From IMG/VR virus record IMGVR_UViG_3300030673_000004, positions 311,538-375,537 of that record: 64,000 nucleotides of DNA. The stretch is one strand, 5' to 3'. The notes under the pieces are model-generated. The model was given only the letters and a program-made list of their open reading frames with translations. It did no database searches and was not told the origin of the DNA. Each line of letters opens with the position of its first letter. Position 1 is the stretch's first letter. A program made the translations under genes and the position numbers. Shown in pieces: positions 20,897 through 31,612 of this stretch.

Positions 20897-22242
20897 GCAT
20901 AGCCACAGCAGTCAGGACCCTACGCGAATATGTCAGCACACAACTGCCGTTAGAGCCCTATATGCACGGCTCGTTTCGGTCTGTAGATCCTATGCTCAGT
21001 GGAACAACACGCTTTGGTAAAAAGATAGGGACCAATGAGGTCATTCTGTTAGAAGATACAGATATGGTACTAGCGAGTAACGCTGCTACAGGTAGTGCTA
21101 CGGTGCAAACAGTAGCAAAAATCAATGATGTAATAACAGGATCCATTTTCAAATTACCTGATACCTCGTTAATCCGTCTATACAATCCACAGCAGCATGT
21201 ATCAAACACAGATACGTACTGGTCCTGGACTGTTGACTCAGAGACGCCCCTGCTCACAACGTATACAGCAGGCAGTTCACTCTCAATCTATGGGCATCCT
21301 GTGACTGTATTGCCCGGTCTAACCAACGAGATACAAGTACGAAGTACGGTTCCTGTTATGCCCGGTGACCGATTGATTCCCATAGCAAGCACACCAATAG
21401 GACTTGTTGAAGGTCAGACTGTTGAAATCCTATCTATTGATACACATACTATAATACCTGGAGACATACCGGTAAACTCGTACAAATGCACAGTATCAGC
21501 ACAATTAAAACACCTAATTGTGAATACGGCATCGAGCATATATCTAAGAGCAGATACAGGTTACGTATCTAATCTCATACCAGCTACAGATATCAATGGC
21601 GTCTTCCTATTAGACTGTGTTTCAGGTATAACACTTGGAGATAACTCGGAAGACGTTACTATCACATTAAATACACATCAAGCAGACTATACAATAAGCA
21701 CATCGTACCAAGATGTCCAAAAAAATACGCCGGTTATTCTAGGTGTTGTATCGGCTGCTGACTTTGTAACAGGGGCTGTTGATAGAGGCCGACTGGTACC
21801 AAATATAGATAAGTCGCTCTATTCAGTTAATGACGCTTACGGGTTATGCGGTTTTGGCTATGACTTCTGTAAGACACTCAATCCAGGAATTAAACTAAAA
21901 GTATCCGGCCAAGAAGGCACAGAGATACGAGTGACTGTCGCCACAGGTACAACATTATATACCATTGGTACAACAGATACAACAATTGATCTATCTACAA
22001 ATCAAACCAATTATGTGTTATTCCGTATCACAGGTTCAACTAACGGAACACTGCTCTGGACAAGTTTACCACTCACAGAAGATAACTCGTTCATCTCCTA
22101 CTCTATCGTAGCGCGAACAAACCAACAGGAAGAGTGGTCCGGTAGTGGATTAATACTCAAGCCAGTCATCACATCGGTTGAAGACAGCTATGCATTCTCC
22201 GATGGAGAAAACTTTGTGATCGGTGGAGGTACCTTCCTATGA
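20893..22242 (+). CDS. Putative virion structural protein
   Basis: 449 aa, GTG start overlapping the previous stop, Thr/Ser/Val-rich. Confidence 0.6.
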   Translation: MSIATAVRTLREYVSTQLPLEPYMHGSFRSVDPMLSGTTRFGKKIGTNEVILLEDTDMVLASNAATGSATVQTVAKINDVITGSIFKLPDTSLIRLYNPQQHVSNTDTYWSWTVDSETPLLTTYTAGSSLSIYGHPVTVLPGLTNEIQVRSTVPVMPGDRLIPIASTPIGLVEGQTVEILSIDTHTIIPGDIPVNSYKCTVSAQLKHLIVNTASSIYLRADTGYVSNLIPATDINGVFLLDCVSGITLGDNSEDVTITLNTHQADYTISTSYQDVQKNTPVILGVVSAADFVTGAVDRGRLVPNIDKSLYSVNDAYGLCGFGYDFCKTLNPGIKLKVSGQEGTEIRVTVATGTTLYTIGTTDTTIDLSTNQTNYVLFRITGSTNGTLLWTSLPLTEDNSFISYSIVARTNQQEEWSGSGLILKPVITSVEDSYAFSDGENFVIGGGTFL

Positions 22243-24830
22243 ACGTCCGAAGCATGTCTCGTGATGTTGTAGCTGACGGTACAACACGCATGTATGGTAA
22301 CATTGATAAACTGGCAGAGCTCGCAGCGCTATCCAGTTATGGTATCATAGGTGATCTTAGTACAAAACTAAAAGTTACAGTATCTCAGGCTGCCACGTGT
22401 ATGCAAATAACTGCAGGCAGCTTTCTAACCCCATCAGGTGTCATCGGAGCATTCACAGATATTACAACAGGTGTATTTCCACACTCCTTTGAACCGGGAA
22501 CATCAGGTGTAATACTTGCCACATTTGATGTAGCTGAAAAAACAAGTATAAATGAGTACGGACAATCTGTTATAGAGAACACCAGCATAACATCAACTTA
22601 TGCGTGCTTATCTATTGATCAGTATGGCGAAAACTACGTTGAGTGGTATCCTAAATCAGTAGTTCTTGCTGTCTATAACATTATTGATGGTGCTATTGAA
22701 TTAGACGAAAGTAATACTGTTGTCGCTAACACACGACGAGCATCAGGTTCTTTTGATAATAAGCACATAAACTTAGGATACCCGCAGTATGCAACAGAGA
22801 GAAATGTGCATGGATTACAATTTGATGATCTCTATACAGGCAGCACATCTTTCTTGAAGCAAGCATTCAAGGAGGGTTTTCTTATTGGTGGTGCATCTAG
22901 TAGCCAAGGTACACCTGGAGACACAACGGAAGTAGAAATAAACGAGGATGCATGGCAAATTGATTATCTAGGTAGATTAACAGGTACACCGGGCATCTAT
23001 TACGTATATCTACCCTCAACACCAACATCAGTAGCTAACATTGTAGATGCTGTCTACACGAGTTCTCCTGTAGCTGTAAACTGGTTAGACAAACAGAACG
23101 TTCTAACATCCAGCATACCTGTGCATGTGTACGTGAGTTATACAGCGCTTAGCGACTTTGATTTAGCAACACCCAACCCAACAAGTGCGCTAAAGCTACG
23201 AAATAACCCAAATAAGATTATCGTATCGGATGGAAAGATAATCCATACCAAAGCAAGTAACACAGTACGCTTAGGTTTTGATTCTTACGCAGATTTGGTC
23301 CTTGATAAGATATCAACATATGTATCTACCAGTGGATCACTCGTAGCAGCCCCAACAGTAGTAGAGACAGCAACAGTAAATACAACGCTGACCGGCACAT
23401 CACTGACAAGCAAGGTAACCTTCCCAACACCCAGCCAAGTATCCTTCGCCGTGCGGGGACAAGGTCTACAATCAGTGCAGGAACCGCCCCAAGGTGTCTT
23501 AAAAGTAACTAACTCACGCTTCATTGGAACAAACAATCTAACATTTACTGTTTCTAATGATGAAGAGACTGTAGCGCTATCAGCTACCGTAGGAACTACA
23601 GTGGTTCTGACAGCCACAGAACCCCTACATCCGTGTGGCTATCTAACAAAAGACGGAGTACTTGTAACAAGCTCCAGTTGGTATCGTATTGATGATTATA
23701 CAGTAGCGTTGAACCCTAATGCACACACCACCGACTCTAAATACCTATGGATCTTAGCTGCAGGAGAATCACCTCGCTACTTAGGAAGAAGCATTCAAGC
23801 AGTTGGTACAGGATCTGCCCCAGATACAGTAAAAGCTACTGGTTATATTCAAATAACAACTATTCCTCTAAGTGGTGATGCGATCACCATAACTACAACG
23901 GATTACACAGCAACGTTCACCTATGGTGCTAACTGGGCTATAGATACAACGCTACAGAGAGTAGCATCTTCATTAGTCACGGCAATTAACCGCTCTGACG
24001 TATATGCGGATGTAACATCAACAATACTAAACGATCCTGCTGGTGTGTACTTAAAAGTTACAAGCAGATCAAGTTCTGCTGATTGCAACAATTGGACCAT
24101 TGAGAGTAATGCCACAGCACCGTTTACCGTTAAGTCTTTTTATGCTGGTGGCACTTATGCACCATACAGTAGCGACCTTCTAAACATGACGGTCTCTGTA
24201 CTGTACCAGCAAACACCTTATGTAAAAAAACCTAAGATCAATATCTATGCAACTAAATCCATTGCAGCAGATACGACATCAGATGAGAGTAAAATTTATC
24301 ATTTAATGTATACGTTTGATGCCAGCGATAAGAAAACAGAATGGCGTAGTCATACACTCATTCGCAGTGATTTGATCATGGCTGACTATAATGATAGAAC
24401 TAGCTATGATACAACAACTATGTTCTCTTTAGGATTAACCGTGACTGGGTATGATGCAGCCGGTGCCTCTCTAAATGAAACTCTCTCCTTTGATGAAGTG
24501 GATGCCTGGAGTCCTACGACGGGGTATTCAGATCTAGCGTTCAAGTCAACAGCTAACATCTACTCGTCTCTGTCATCTTGGATTGTGTCAACCACGCCAC
24601 CGTCATCGGTAAGTGCAACACTGAGTGTACTATCCAATCTCTATGACGAACCTTTTGACATGTTCCCTGTCAGAACGTTCAAGTTAGAAGGTGGTAAAGC
24701 TTGGAACTTCAAAGATACACGTAGAATTCTTATGGGCAATGCTATTGCAGGAGAAGCATCGCAGCAAGAACAACTGCATCAAGCATTATCCATGCAAAAT
24801 GATGTCCTCACGGTAAGTGGTCTATTATGA
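22239..24830 (+). CDS. Putative virion structural protein, paralogue of 43810-46047
   Basis: 863 aa; RNVHGLQFDDL...QGTPG...IDYLGRLT and LTVTGYDAAGASLNETLSF...KDTRRIL align by eye with the 43810 protein. Confidence 0.65.
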   Translation: MNVRSMSRDVVADGTTRMYGNIDKLAELAALSSYGIIGDLSTKLKVTVSQAATCMQITAGSFLTPSGVIGAFTDITTGVFPHSFEPGTSGVILATFDVAEKTSINEYGQSVIENTSITSTYACLSIDQYGENYVEWYPKSVVLAVYNIIDGAIELDESNTVVANTRRASGSFDNKHINLGYPQYATERNVHGLQFDDLYTGSTSFLKQAFKEGFLIGGASSSQGTPGDTTEVEINEDAWQIDYLGRLTGTPGIYYVYLPSTPTSVANIVDAVYTSSPVAVNWLDKQNVLTSSIPVHVYVSYTALSDFDLATPNPTSALKLRNNPNKIIVSDGKIIHTKASNTVRLGFDSYADLVLDKISTYVSTSGSLVAAPTVVETATVNTTLTGTSLTSKVTFPTPSQVSFAVRGQGLQSVQEPPQGVLKVTNSRFIGTNNLTFTVSNDEETVALSATVGTTVVLTATEPLHPCGYLTKDGVLVTSSSWYRIDDYTVALNPNAHTTDSKYLWILAAGESPRYLGRSIQAVGTGSAPDTVKATGYIQITTIPLSGDAITITTTDYTATFTYGANWAIDTTLQRVASSLVTAINRSDVYADVTSTILNDPAGVYLKVTSRSSSADCNNWTIESNATAPFTVKSFYAGGTYAPYSSDLLNMTVSVLYQQTPYVKKPKINIYATKSIAADTTSDESKIYHLMYTFDASDKKTEWRSHTLIRSDLIMADYNDRTSYDTTTMFSLGLTVTGYDAAGASLNETLSFDEVDAWSPTTGYSDLAFKSTANIYSSLSSWIVSTTPPSSVSATLSVLSNLYDEPFDMFPVRTFKLEGGKAWNFKDTRRILMGNAIAGEASQQEQLHQALSMQNDVLTVSGLL

Positions 24831-25681
24831 AACGTATATTCAGCGAATCTTTAATTAGCCCGCGATGGGTGGATTCATCCACAGTAAACTATCGTTTCCC
24901 TGTAGTATCATCTGGAAATGAAACTCTACCAACAAGAGCACGGAAAGATGGGTACAGATCAAAACCGATTAGAATCACAAATAGCAGCAGCATTGAGATC
25001 ATAGGAACATATCGAGATGCATCCAATAAATCAGGATGCTTAGCTATATATACATGGCTGAACCCAACAGTAATAGCAGCTAAAACACACAACGAATCAA
25101 CTGTGCAGCTAGAAACTGTTGGTAATATGTATTTTGGTGAGTTCCTTGCAGGGGCCGCTGTAATAAATGGAACATCATTCAAATCTAGCTACACTTTTGA
25201 TGAGACTGTAGAGTTTATTCAAATTTATACGACTATGGATCTAACAGCAATCACCATCAGTGAGAGTGACATATCAGGTGCTGCTGTATCCCTCGTAGCA
25301 CCGACAGCAACTACAGATGATGTCACAATTGAAGATGACTTTGAACTGGCTGAAGTAACTATACCTGTGTTGATTGAAGACCCCTTCAGTCTAGGACCCG
25401 ATGCTGATCCCTTCCTTACTATAGCGCCACTTCCAGGAACATATGCAGAGCCGGTACTTGTACAACTATCTGTTACAACACCGTCTACGGTGTATTACAC
25501 AACAGATGGTACAACACCAACAACAAGTTCTTTGGTATATACAGCACCGTTCTACGTGTTCTCCAATATCACAATTACAGCCTTAGGTGTTCCTGCAGAC
25601 AGAACAGCTTCAGAAATTGCTACTGCTGTATATACTGTAATTTATACACCCGCTATCAGTCCAGCTAGTGGTGTACGCTGA
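24827..25681 (+). CDS. Virion protein with one CHB_HEX_C/Fn3-associated domain, ending in the start of a second domain
   Basis: VYYTTDGTTPTTSSLVYTAPF motif; ends PAISPASGVR*, the beginning of another such domain. Confidence 0.65.
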   Translation: MKRIFSESLISPRWVDSSTVNYRFPVVSSGNETLPTRARKDGYRSKPIRITNSSSIEIIGTYRDASNKSGCLAIYTWLNPTVIAAKTHNESTVQLETVGNMYFGEFLAGAAVINGTSFKSSYTFDETVEFIQIYTTMDLTAITISESDISGAAVSLVAPTATTDDVTIEDDFELAEVTIPVLIEDPFSLGPDADPFLTIAPLPGTYAEPVLVQLSVTTPSTVYYTTDGTTPTTSSLVYTAPFYVFSNITITALGVPADRTASEIATAVYTVIYTPAISPASGVR

Positions 25682-27911
25682 TTCTGTTGCTGTAACAATT
25701 GCATCTAATACAAACCTAAGAGCACAACGAGTACATACAGAAAGTTTACTCGGAGCAAGCAACAAAACTATCCACTACACTACGGATACACGACCACCAA
25801 CAACTGAGTCCTCTATATATACTGGATCATTAACTGTAACAGCTAATACAGTAGTACAAGCAATTACATCTATTGATGGAATTACATCAGCGGCGGCTTC
25901 CGCTAATTACATTGTCGTAAGCACACCAACCATTAATCCGACAAGTGGTTCTTATGCGAACCCTCTATCTGTAACGCTGGCTTGTGAAAACGTACTTGCG
26001 GACATTCATTATACCCTCGATGGCACTACGCCAACTATAACATCGTCTATATACACTACACCCATTGTTTTAACAGCATCTGCTCAAGTAAAATGCTTTG
26101 CAGCTATTGATGGTGTAACGTCATCTGCTGTTTCTGCAGATTATAGTCTACCACCTGTAATATCACCTAATGCCGGTATTTATGAGTTCACACAGGCAAT
26201 AACAATCACGGCGTCAACAGGTGCTACTATCTATTATACCATTGATGGCACTACGCCAACTACAGGATCTGCAGTTTACTCATCAAGTATAACATTAGAC
26301 CATTCAGCTCATGTTAAAGCTATATCGGTTAAAAATGGAACACCATCTACTGTAGCCCAGCAGCAATATGAAATTGTGTACCCAACACCGACAGAAACGT
26401 TAAGCTCCTTGTACTACGACGCTACAGCGCATCAATATGTATGGAAGAATAAATCTGTCGCGAAACCAACATTCTCCCTCGCGGAAGGGGCGTATAACAC
26501 TACCCAAACTGTGAGTATTAGTGCAGCATCTGCCGCTACTGTATACTACACGCGGGATGGAAGCACACCAACAGAAGCATCAACAAAATACACAACACCA
26601 CTTACGCTGTCGGCACCTACAAAATTAAGCGCTATAGCTATTAATGGTACTGCAACCTCGGCAATAAACACAGCAACCTATGTAATCAATCTAAGCCCCT
26701 TAATTTCGGCAATGCACCCAAACGAAATACACGAAGGTGCAGCATACAGTAATGTTATTATATCTGGATCAAATCTCTCACAGTTATCAAGCGTTACGCT
26801 TAATGGAGTTAGCTGTCCTGTAATAGCAGCAGCTAACGACTTTTCAAATATAACGATAAACATACCGGGAAATTCCGTATTGGCGTCGAACAATAATACA
26901 TTACCAATATCAATCCGTGTGGTTAATGGCACAAATTCTAGTGAAACCGTTGTAGGTCAGGTTATACCTAAATGGCTCCAGGGTAGAGCTAGAATGATCG
27001 GTGTCGATTACAGTTTGATTGGAGACCCCTCTTTTGGCATACACGCTAATGGCACGGGAAAGTCATCTAAAATTAGCATATCACCAACAGGCGGAATTTA
27101 TACCAAAACACCCTATAAATGGTGGTACGTACCAGCCGTGTCTTTAGGTGGATGGGATTCAAATATGGCAAACATCTGGTATTGTGGTACGGATGATTTG
27201 GATAGTGAATTTATAAACCCCGCCGCACGCTTAACAGATAACGCAACTAACTCAAATACAAATGTTAAAAGTATGTGCTTTGATAGTAATTCTAATTTCT
27301 ACTGGAGCCTTCCTGATGGTCTATACAAAGGAACACCGTCAAGCGCATCAACATTTACTTGGATCAAGTTACTAGATAACATAGTGTTTGACTCACTGTG
27401 TTCTGCATCAACAGATAACCTATACGGCATCCAACTAAGTTCCGACTACAGCTATAGCATCGTCTACAGTATAAACCCAAATCTAAGAACGGCTAATAAA
27501 TTAGTCACCCTGCCAACAACTAACTGTATTGGCTATAAACTCGGATGTAATCCAGTAACAAATTATCTCTACGCAATACCAAACAATTGCAATGAACCAC
27601 TTTCCATACTGATCAGCAAAGACAATGGCACTACTTGGATAAATTCTGGATCAGGCAGTGTTGGCCTGTTCACTCTCTTAAAAGAAGGACCTGCTTTTGG
27701 AGATAATTCATTATTCTTTGTATCGGGTACCTGCACATACAGAGCCAATCTAAATTTAGATGGATCTATATCTGGCATACTAAAGATATCTTCAAATATG
27801 CTGGGCAATGAAACTGGAATTGCATATAAGTTCAATAAAAAACCAACCCTGTATATTACAACAGAAGATGAAGCATCCAGTAATATTCATACCCTAATTA
27901 GACAGTTCTAA
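25668..27911 (+). CDS. CHB_HEX_C repeat protein with IPT/Ig-like and beta-propeller regions
   Basis: Four YT.DG..PT-type motifs (first degenerate), PLISAMHPNEI...IISGSNL IPT-like segment, ISKDNGTTW Asp-box. Confidence 0.7.
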   Translation: MVYADSVAVTIASNTNLRAQRVHTESLLGASNKTIHYTTDTRPPTTESSIYTGSLTVTANTVVQAITSIDGITSAAASANYIVVSTPTINPTSGSYANPLSVTLACENVLADIHYTLDGTTPTITSSIYTTPIVLTASAQVKCFAAIDGVTSSAVSADYSLPPVISPNAGIYEFTQAITITASTGATIYYTIDGTTPTTGSAVYSSSITLDHSAHVKAISVKNGTPSTVAQQQYEIVYPTPTETLSSLYYDATAHQYVWKNKSVAKPTFSLAEGAYNTTQTVSISAASAATVYYTRDGSTPTEASTKYTTPLTLSAPTKLSAIAINGTATSAINTATYVINLSPLISAMHPNEIHEGAAYSNVIISGSNLSQLSSVTLNGVSCPVIAAANDFSNITINIPGNSVLASNNNTLPISIRVVNGTNSSETVVGQVIPKWLQGRARMIGVDYSLIGDPSFGIHANGTGKSSKISISPTGGIYTKTPYKWWYVPAVSLGGWDSNMANIWYCGTDDLDSEFINPAARLTDNATNSNTNVKSMCFDSNSNFYWSLPDGLYKGTPSSASTFTWIKLLDNIVFDSLCSASTDNLYGIQLSSDYSYSIVYSINPNLRTANKLVTLPTTNCIGYKLGCNPVTNYLYAIPNNCNEPLSILISKDNGTTWINSGSGSVGLFTLLKEGPAFGDNSLFFVSGTCTYRANLNLDGSISGILKISSNMLGNETGIAYKFNKKPTLYITTEDEASSNIHTLIRQF

Positions 27912-27921
27912 AGGTGACACA

Positions 27922-30531
27922 ATGGCATTAACTAATGAAGTCCAATATCCTGAACCATCTGCCTCTGGTTTTCTTTTCGCAAATAAAGCATCAGATGGAA
28001 CCATAACCTATACATGGCAGACAGGCGGAGCATCCGATAAACCGGAAACGCCAACATTCTCTGTTGCAGCAGGAACATATGCACAAGGTCAAAATGTAAC
28101 AATAACATCCGCCACAACCGATGCTGTTATCTATTACACGATAGATGGCTCAATACCATCAACAACAGCTACCCAGTACACAGACCCGGTAAGCATTAAA
28201 AACTCCTGCACACTATCAGCAGTCGCAGTAGTGAGTGGTTATACGTATAGCACAGTAGCAACAGTAGCGTACTCTATTGTTCGTCGCATTGTCACAACAG
28301 CCCAAGACAGTTCAACATACATAGCGGTTGCATTAACGAGTGATGACTCTGGTAGTACGTGGTCCGGCTTAGCCCTTCATAACTCAAATACAGCCTCACG
28401 TATTGCATCATTATATGGAACAACAGTACTATCTAGCAATTACTTATTTGCTATCAGTACAGACAGATGCACTACGTTTAACACAATACCAGCTTCAACA
28501 AACAACACATACTGGCCACCAACGTCTATTAAAGATGTCCATGCGGTAAATGGCATATTCCTAGGATATGTTGGATATATAAACAGCAATGGGTCATATT
28601 ATGCATGTGTTGCAGTATCACACTCAGGTAATTACTTTAAGTTCCTAAGCATTCCTGTACCAAGCCAACCTAGCTATAGCTACGGAAGCAGCGCACATAT
28701 AGCAAATGCAGCTTTTTACAATGGAATATATCTTATCTGGCTAGGTAACTATATGCTGAAAAGTACAGATAACTGTGCAAGTTTTACAGTTTTATCTAAT
28801 ATGCCATTTGCACAAGGAACAGATCTAAAGAGTACAGCATATGGATTTATTTTAGGTGCCTCCTCTGCTGTATATACGTCAACAGATGGAGAAACTTGGA
28901 GTCAAGCAACTATAACTACGTATAGTAATTACAATTACATTGTATGCACTCTCTCTACTAACGTAATTCTAATATATAGCAGTTCTAACACACAAGTTAG
29001 TTACGATGGTGGTCATACATTTAACAAATGTTTTAATGTTTCTGGAAATGAAATTTTAGACTATGCGCAATCCGACGTAAGAACTGCAGAGGTTGGCTAC
29101 CTTCAAAACAATGTCACAGTACAACAAAGACAACTTATGCAGCCATCAACAGCTACACCTGTTACTCAATCACAAAATACAGGAAATAGGGTAACATGGA
29201 ACGGAGATAAGTTTATAATAAAAGCAGGAGCCGAACTAGAACGAATAGGAAATGATCCAAGCACCTCCGAAACACTAACTACTCTCAGTACTTATGGCTC
29301 AACTCATGGACTCTCAATAAGCTCAGACTCCTCTATCGCGCTAGGAACGGTTAGTGATACTGAAACAAACCTGATTCAAGACACACAACAAACAGTGCCA
29401 ACACCCACAGTAACAAAACTAGCCTATACCCAAACATACTTAACGGATTCCGGAAATGACGCTTTTACTACTAGCTTTGACACATTAAACTGCGGTTGTT
29501 ATAATCCAGCAACAGGGCTTCTCTATGTAGCCCCAAGTTCAGGAAACATCAAAACAATAAACACCGCAACGGGTGTTTATTCTAATCTAACAACAGGTGG
29601 TTATAAAACCTACACAGGTCTTCTCTACTGTAGCACAGATGGCTTTTTATATGGTGGTATAAACGGTGGTTATATCTACAAAATAGATTCCACAACAGGC
29701 GTAGAAACAGCGCTAACATCCGTATCTAGGTATTGGGCATATCTAACATACAACCAAACTAATAGCTTACTCTATGGAGTTTGCAGAACTTCATCAAGTA
29801 GCTATGGCAATACATCACTATATAGCATATCCCTAACAGGCACAGAAACATTAATAACAGCAGCATCTTCTTACCAATCAATACAAGGAATAAGCTACGA
29901 TAGTAATAATGTGCTTATAATGAACTATGATGGTTCAGTATTGCGCGTATCAACAAGTGATATAATAACTACAGTTAATACATGCATAGATCATGGTACG
30001 CATTATGCAGCAACAAAACCTATAGTATTTAATTCTCAGTATATTGGAATAGCATCAAATACGCTTATAGGTATGGCTGCCGATGGTACTGTCATATATC
30101 TGCCAAACCCGACTAACACAACGCGATCCTATAAACTTCTCATTGTAGCAGGATCCAGCCTATATGCAATTGTTAATGAGTACATATCTGGAACAACCTA
30201 CCCAAACAGACTACGCTTACTGGCAGTAAGCACAACAAGTACCAATTATGTTGATGCAACAGTAACGGGAGATAACAACCTATTCCCTATACTGTTCGGA
30301 ACCACTGACGGTTCAGATCCAACACCATCAAGTCAGGTGCTAGCAGCAAACGGAAGCTTAACTATCCAAAATGCTACAGGAACATTGCAAAATTTTACAT
30401 ACAGTTATGGTACCTATGGTGGGGATCTAAGCAATATAACAGTAGCAAAGTTGCTAGCAGGAAATACACTAAAAGTATTTGCATACATACCTAATTATAC
30501 TATTAGCACAATTGTAACTACACAACTATAG
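27922..30531 (+). CDS. CHB_HEX_C and beta-propeller fibre/adhesin-like protein
   Basis: IYYTIDGSIPST and FGTTDGSDPT motifs; Asp-boxes SDDSGSTW, STDGETW, SYDGGHTF; AGGTG RBS. Confidence 0.7.
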   Translation: MALTNEVQYPEPSASGFLFANKASDGTITYTWQTGGASDKPETPTFSVAAGTYAQGQNVTITSATTDAVIYYTIDGSIPSTTATQYTDPVSIKNSCTLSAVAVVSGYTYSTVATVAYSIVRRIVTTAQDSSTYIAVALTSDDSGSTWSGLALHNSNTASRIASLYGTTVLSSNYLFAISTDRCTTFNTIPASTNNTYWPPTSIKDVHAVNGIFLGYVGYINSNGSYYACVAVSHSGNYFKFLSIPVPSQPSYSYGSSAHIANAAFYNGIYLIWLGNYMLKSTDNCASFTVLSNMPFAQGTDLKSTAYGFILGASSAVYTSTDGETWSQATITTYSNYNYIVCTLSTNVILIYSSSNTQVSYDGGHTFNKCFNVSGNEILDYAQSDVRTAEVGYLQNNVTVQQRQLMQPSTATPVTQSQNTGNRVTWNGDKFIIKAGAELERIGNDPSTSETLTTLSTYGSTHGLSISSDSSIALGTVSDTETNLIQDTQQTVPTPTVTKLAYTQTYLTDSGNDAFTTSFDTLNCGCYNPATGLLYVAPSSGNIKTINTATGVYSNLTTGGYKTYTGLLYCSTDGFLYGGINGGYIYKIDSTTGVETALTSVSRYWAYLTYNQTNSLLYGVCRTSSSSYGNTSLYSISLTGTETLITAASSYQSIQGISYDSNNVLIMNYDGSVLRVSTSDIITTVNTCIDHGTHYAATKPIVFNSQYIGIASNTLIGMAADGTVIYLPNPTNTTRSYKLLIVAGSSLYAIVNEYISGTTYPNRLRLLAVSTTSTNYVDATVTGDNNLFPILFGTTDGSDPTPSSQVLAANGSLTIQNATGTLQNFTYSYGTYGGDLSNITVAKLLAGNTLKVFAYIPNYTISTIVTTQL

Positions 30532-30539
30532 GAGACATC

Positions 30540-30824
30540 ATGAACACATCAATCTTCGCAGACTTAGAGATAGGTACTAAGATATGGAACTCGGCATGGC
30601 CTGCAACAACATACTTAGTAATCACGGAACTGAACAACAAAGCAGAAGCTAGAGCATTACAACAAGATGGTAATCACCCACCGTACTTAAAGGAACCAAC
30701 AGTACGTAAAATCATATTACACCAAGAGTTTGGTGAAACCACCCAAGAAGAGAATTGGATAACAAATCAGACCGCGCTGTTAGATCAAAACTGGACACTC
30801 ACGGAACCAAAAGCAGACGCATAA
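30540..30824 (+). CDS. Hypothetical small protein
   Basis: 94 aa with AGGAG RBS, followed by a hairpin terminator. Confidence 0.7.
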   Translation: MNTSIFADLEIGTKIWNSAWPATTYLVITELNNKAEARALQQDGNHPPYLKEPTVRKIILHQEFGETTQEENWITNQTALLDQNWTLTEPKADA

Positions 30825-30842
30825 AAGTCTTTGACATACAGA

Positions 30843-30880
30843 AGAAACAGCAGACCAACTAACAGTCTGCTGTTTCTATT
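30843..30880 (+). terminator. Intrinsic terminator-like hairpin
   Basis: 13-bp stem AGAAACAGCAGAC/GTCTGCTGTTTCT followed by ATTT. Confidence 0.65.
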
Positions 30881-30920
30881 TAGTACCATCCTATGCAAGA
30901 ACCTTTTATTAGAGGTCGGT

Positions 30921-31601
30921 ATGATAAAGCGTGCGGACAGTGAAAATATAGTCACAGACGGTCTGAGTAATGCTCAAACCTTCTGGACAGGTATTTCTAC
31001 TGTACCTACCGTTCGTAATTCATACAATGAAGATATGTACACAGGTACGTTTGATGTCATTGACACAGTAAACGACCCTATGTTTGATGGTTACTGTTTC
31101 CTACAAATGATGCAGGCAGAGAGCTTACAAGGATCGTCTAACTATCACTACCTGTCCTTGAGAGAGACCGGCTACCAGTTACCTATATTTAGAGCAGAAG
31201 ATTCTAAAGTCTACATGCCTATATCGGTAGTCTTTGGCTGGAATGGTGATACTGACTCCTACATTACGCTAGACACCTTTGACTCTAGTACGCCAAACAG
31301 CTTATACATAAAAACGATCTTTACTGATATGAAAGCATCTGTCTTCATAAATGGTGTGGAAAAGATTAGTCCTGATGTATCAGCGTGCTTTTCAAGTGTG
31401 GATAACACAAGAAAACTCTTGTATAGGATACTAACACAAAATGTAACAGGCTATTCTAGTGGAAGTTCCTTAATACAAGGAACTATTCAAGTATCACTAA
31501 CAGACACAACAACTCAAAAAATCTATGTGCTACATCAAGGGTCTTATACAGTAGATCCTTCTCGTACCTATCAAGTTGAAACACGAATATCACACAGTTA
31601 A
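30921..31601 (+). CDS. Putative virion protein, paralogue of 37436-38122
   Basis: Start moved to ATG 30921 (GAGGT RBS, length then 226 aa versus 228 aa for the paralogue); shared FWTGIST, YL.LRETGY.LP.F, VDPS..YQ.E.R..HS. Confidence 0.7.
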   Translation: MIKRADSENIVTDGLSNAQTFWTGISTVPTVRNSYNEDMYTGTFDVIDTVNDPMFDGYCFLQMMQAESLQGSSNYHYLSLRETGYQLPIFRAEDSKVYMPISVVFGWNGDTDSYITLDTFDSSTPNSLYIKTIFTDMKASVFINGVEKISPDVSACFSSVDNTRKLLYRILTQNVTGYSSGSSLIQGTIQVSLTDTTTQKIYVLHQGSYTVDPSRTYQVETRISHS

Positions 31602-31612
31602 AAGGAATCCGC

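Noticed and set aside
30831-30920. N-terminal 30 aa of the 256-aa ORF
   Set aside because: Runs through a terminator hairpin; the paralogue length and RBS support ATG 30921.
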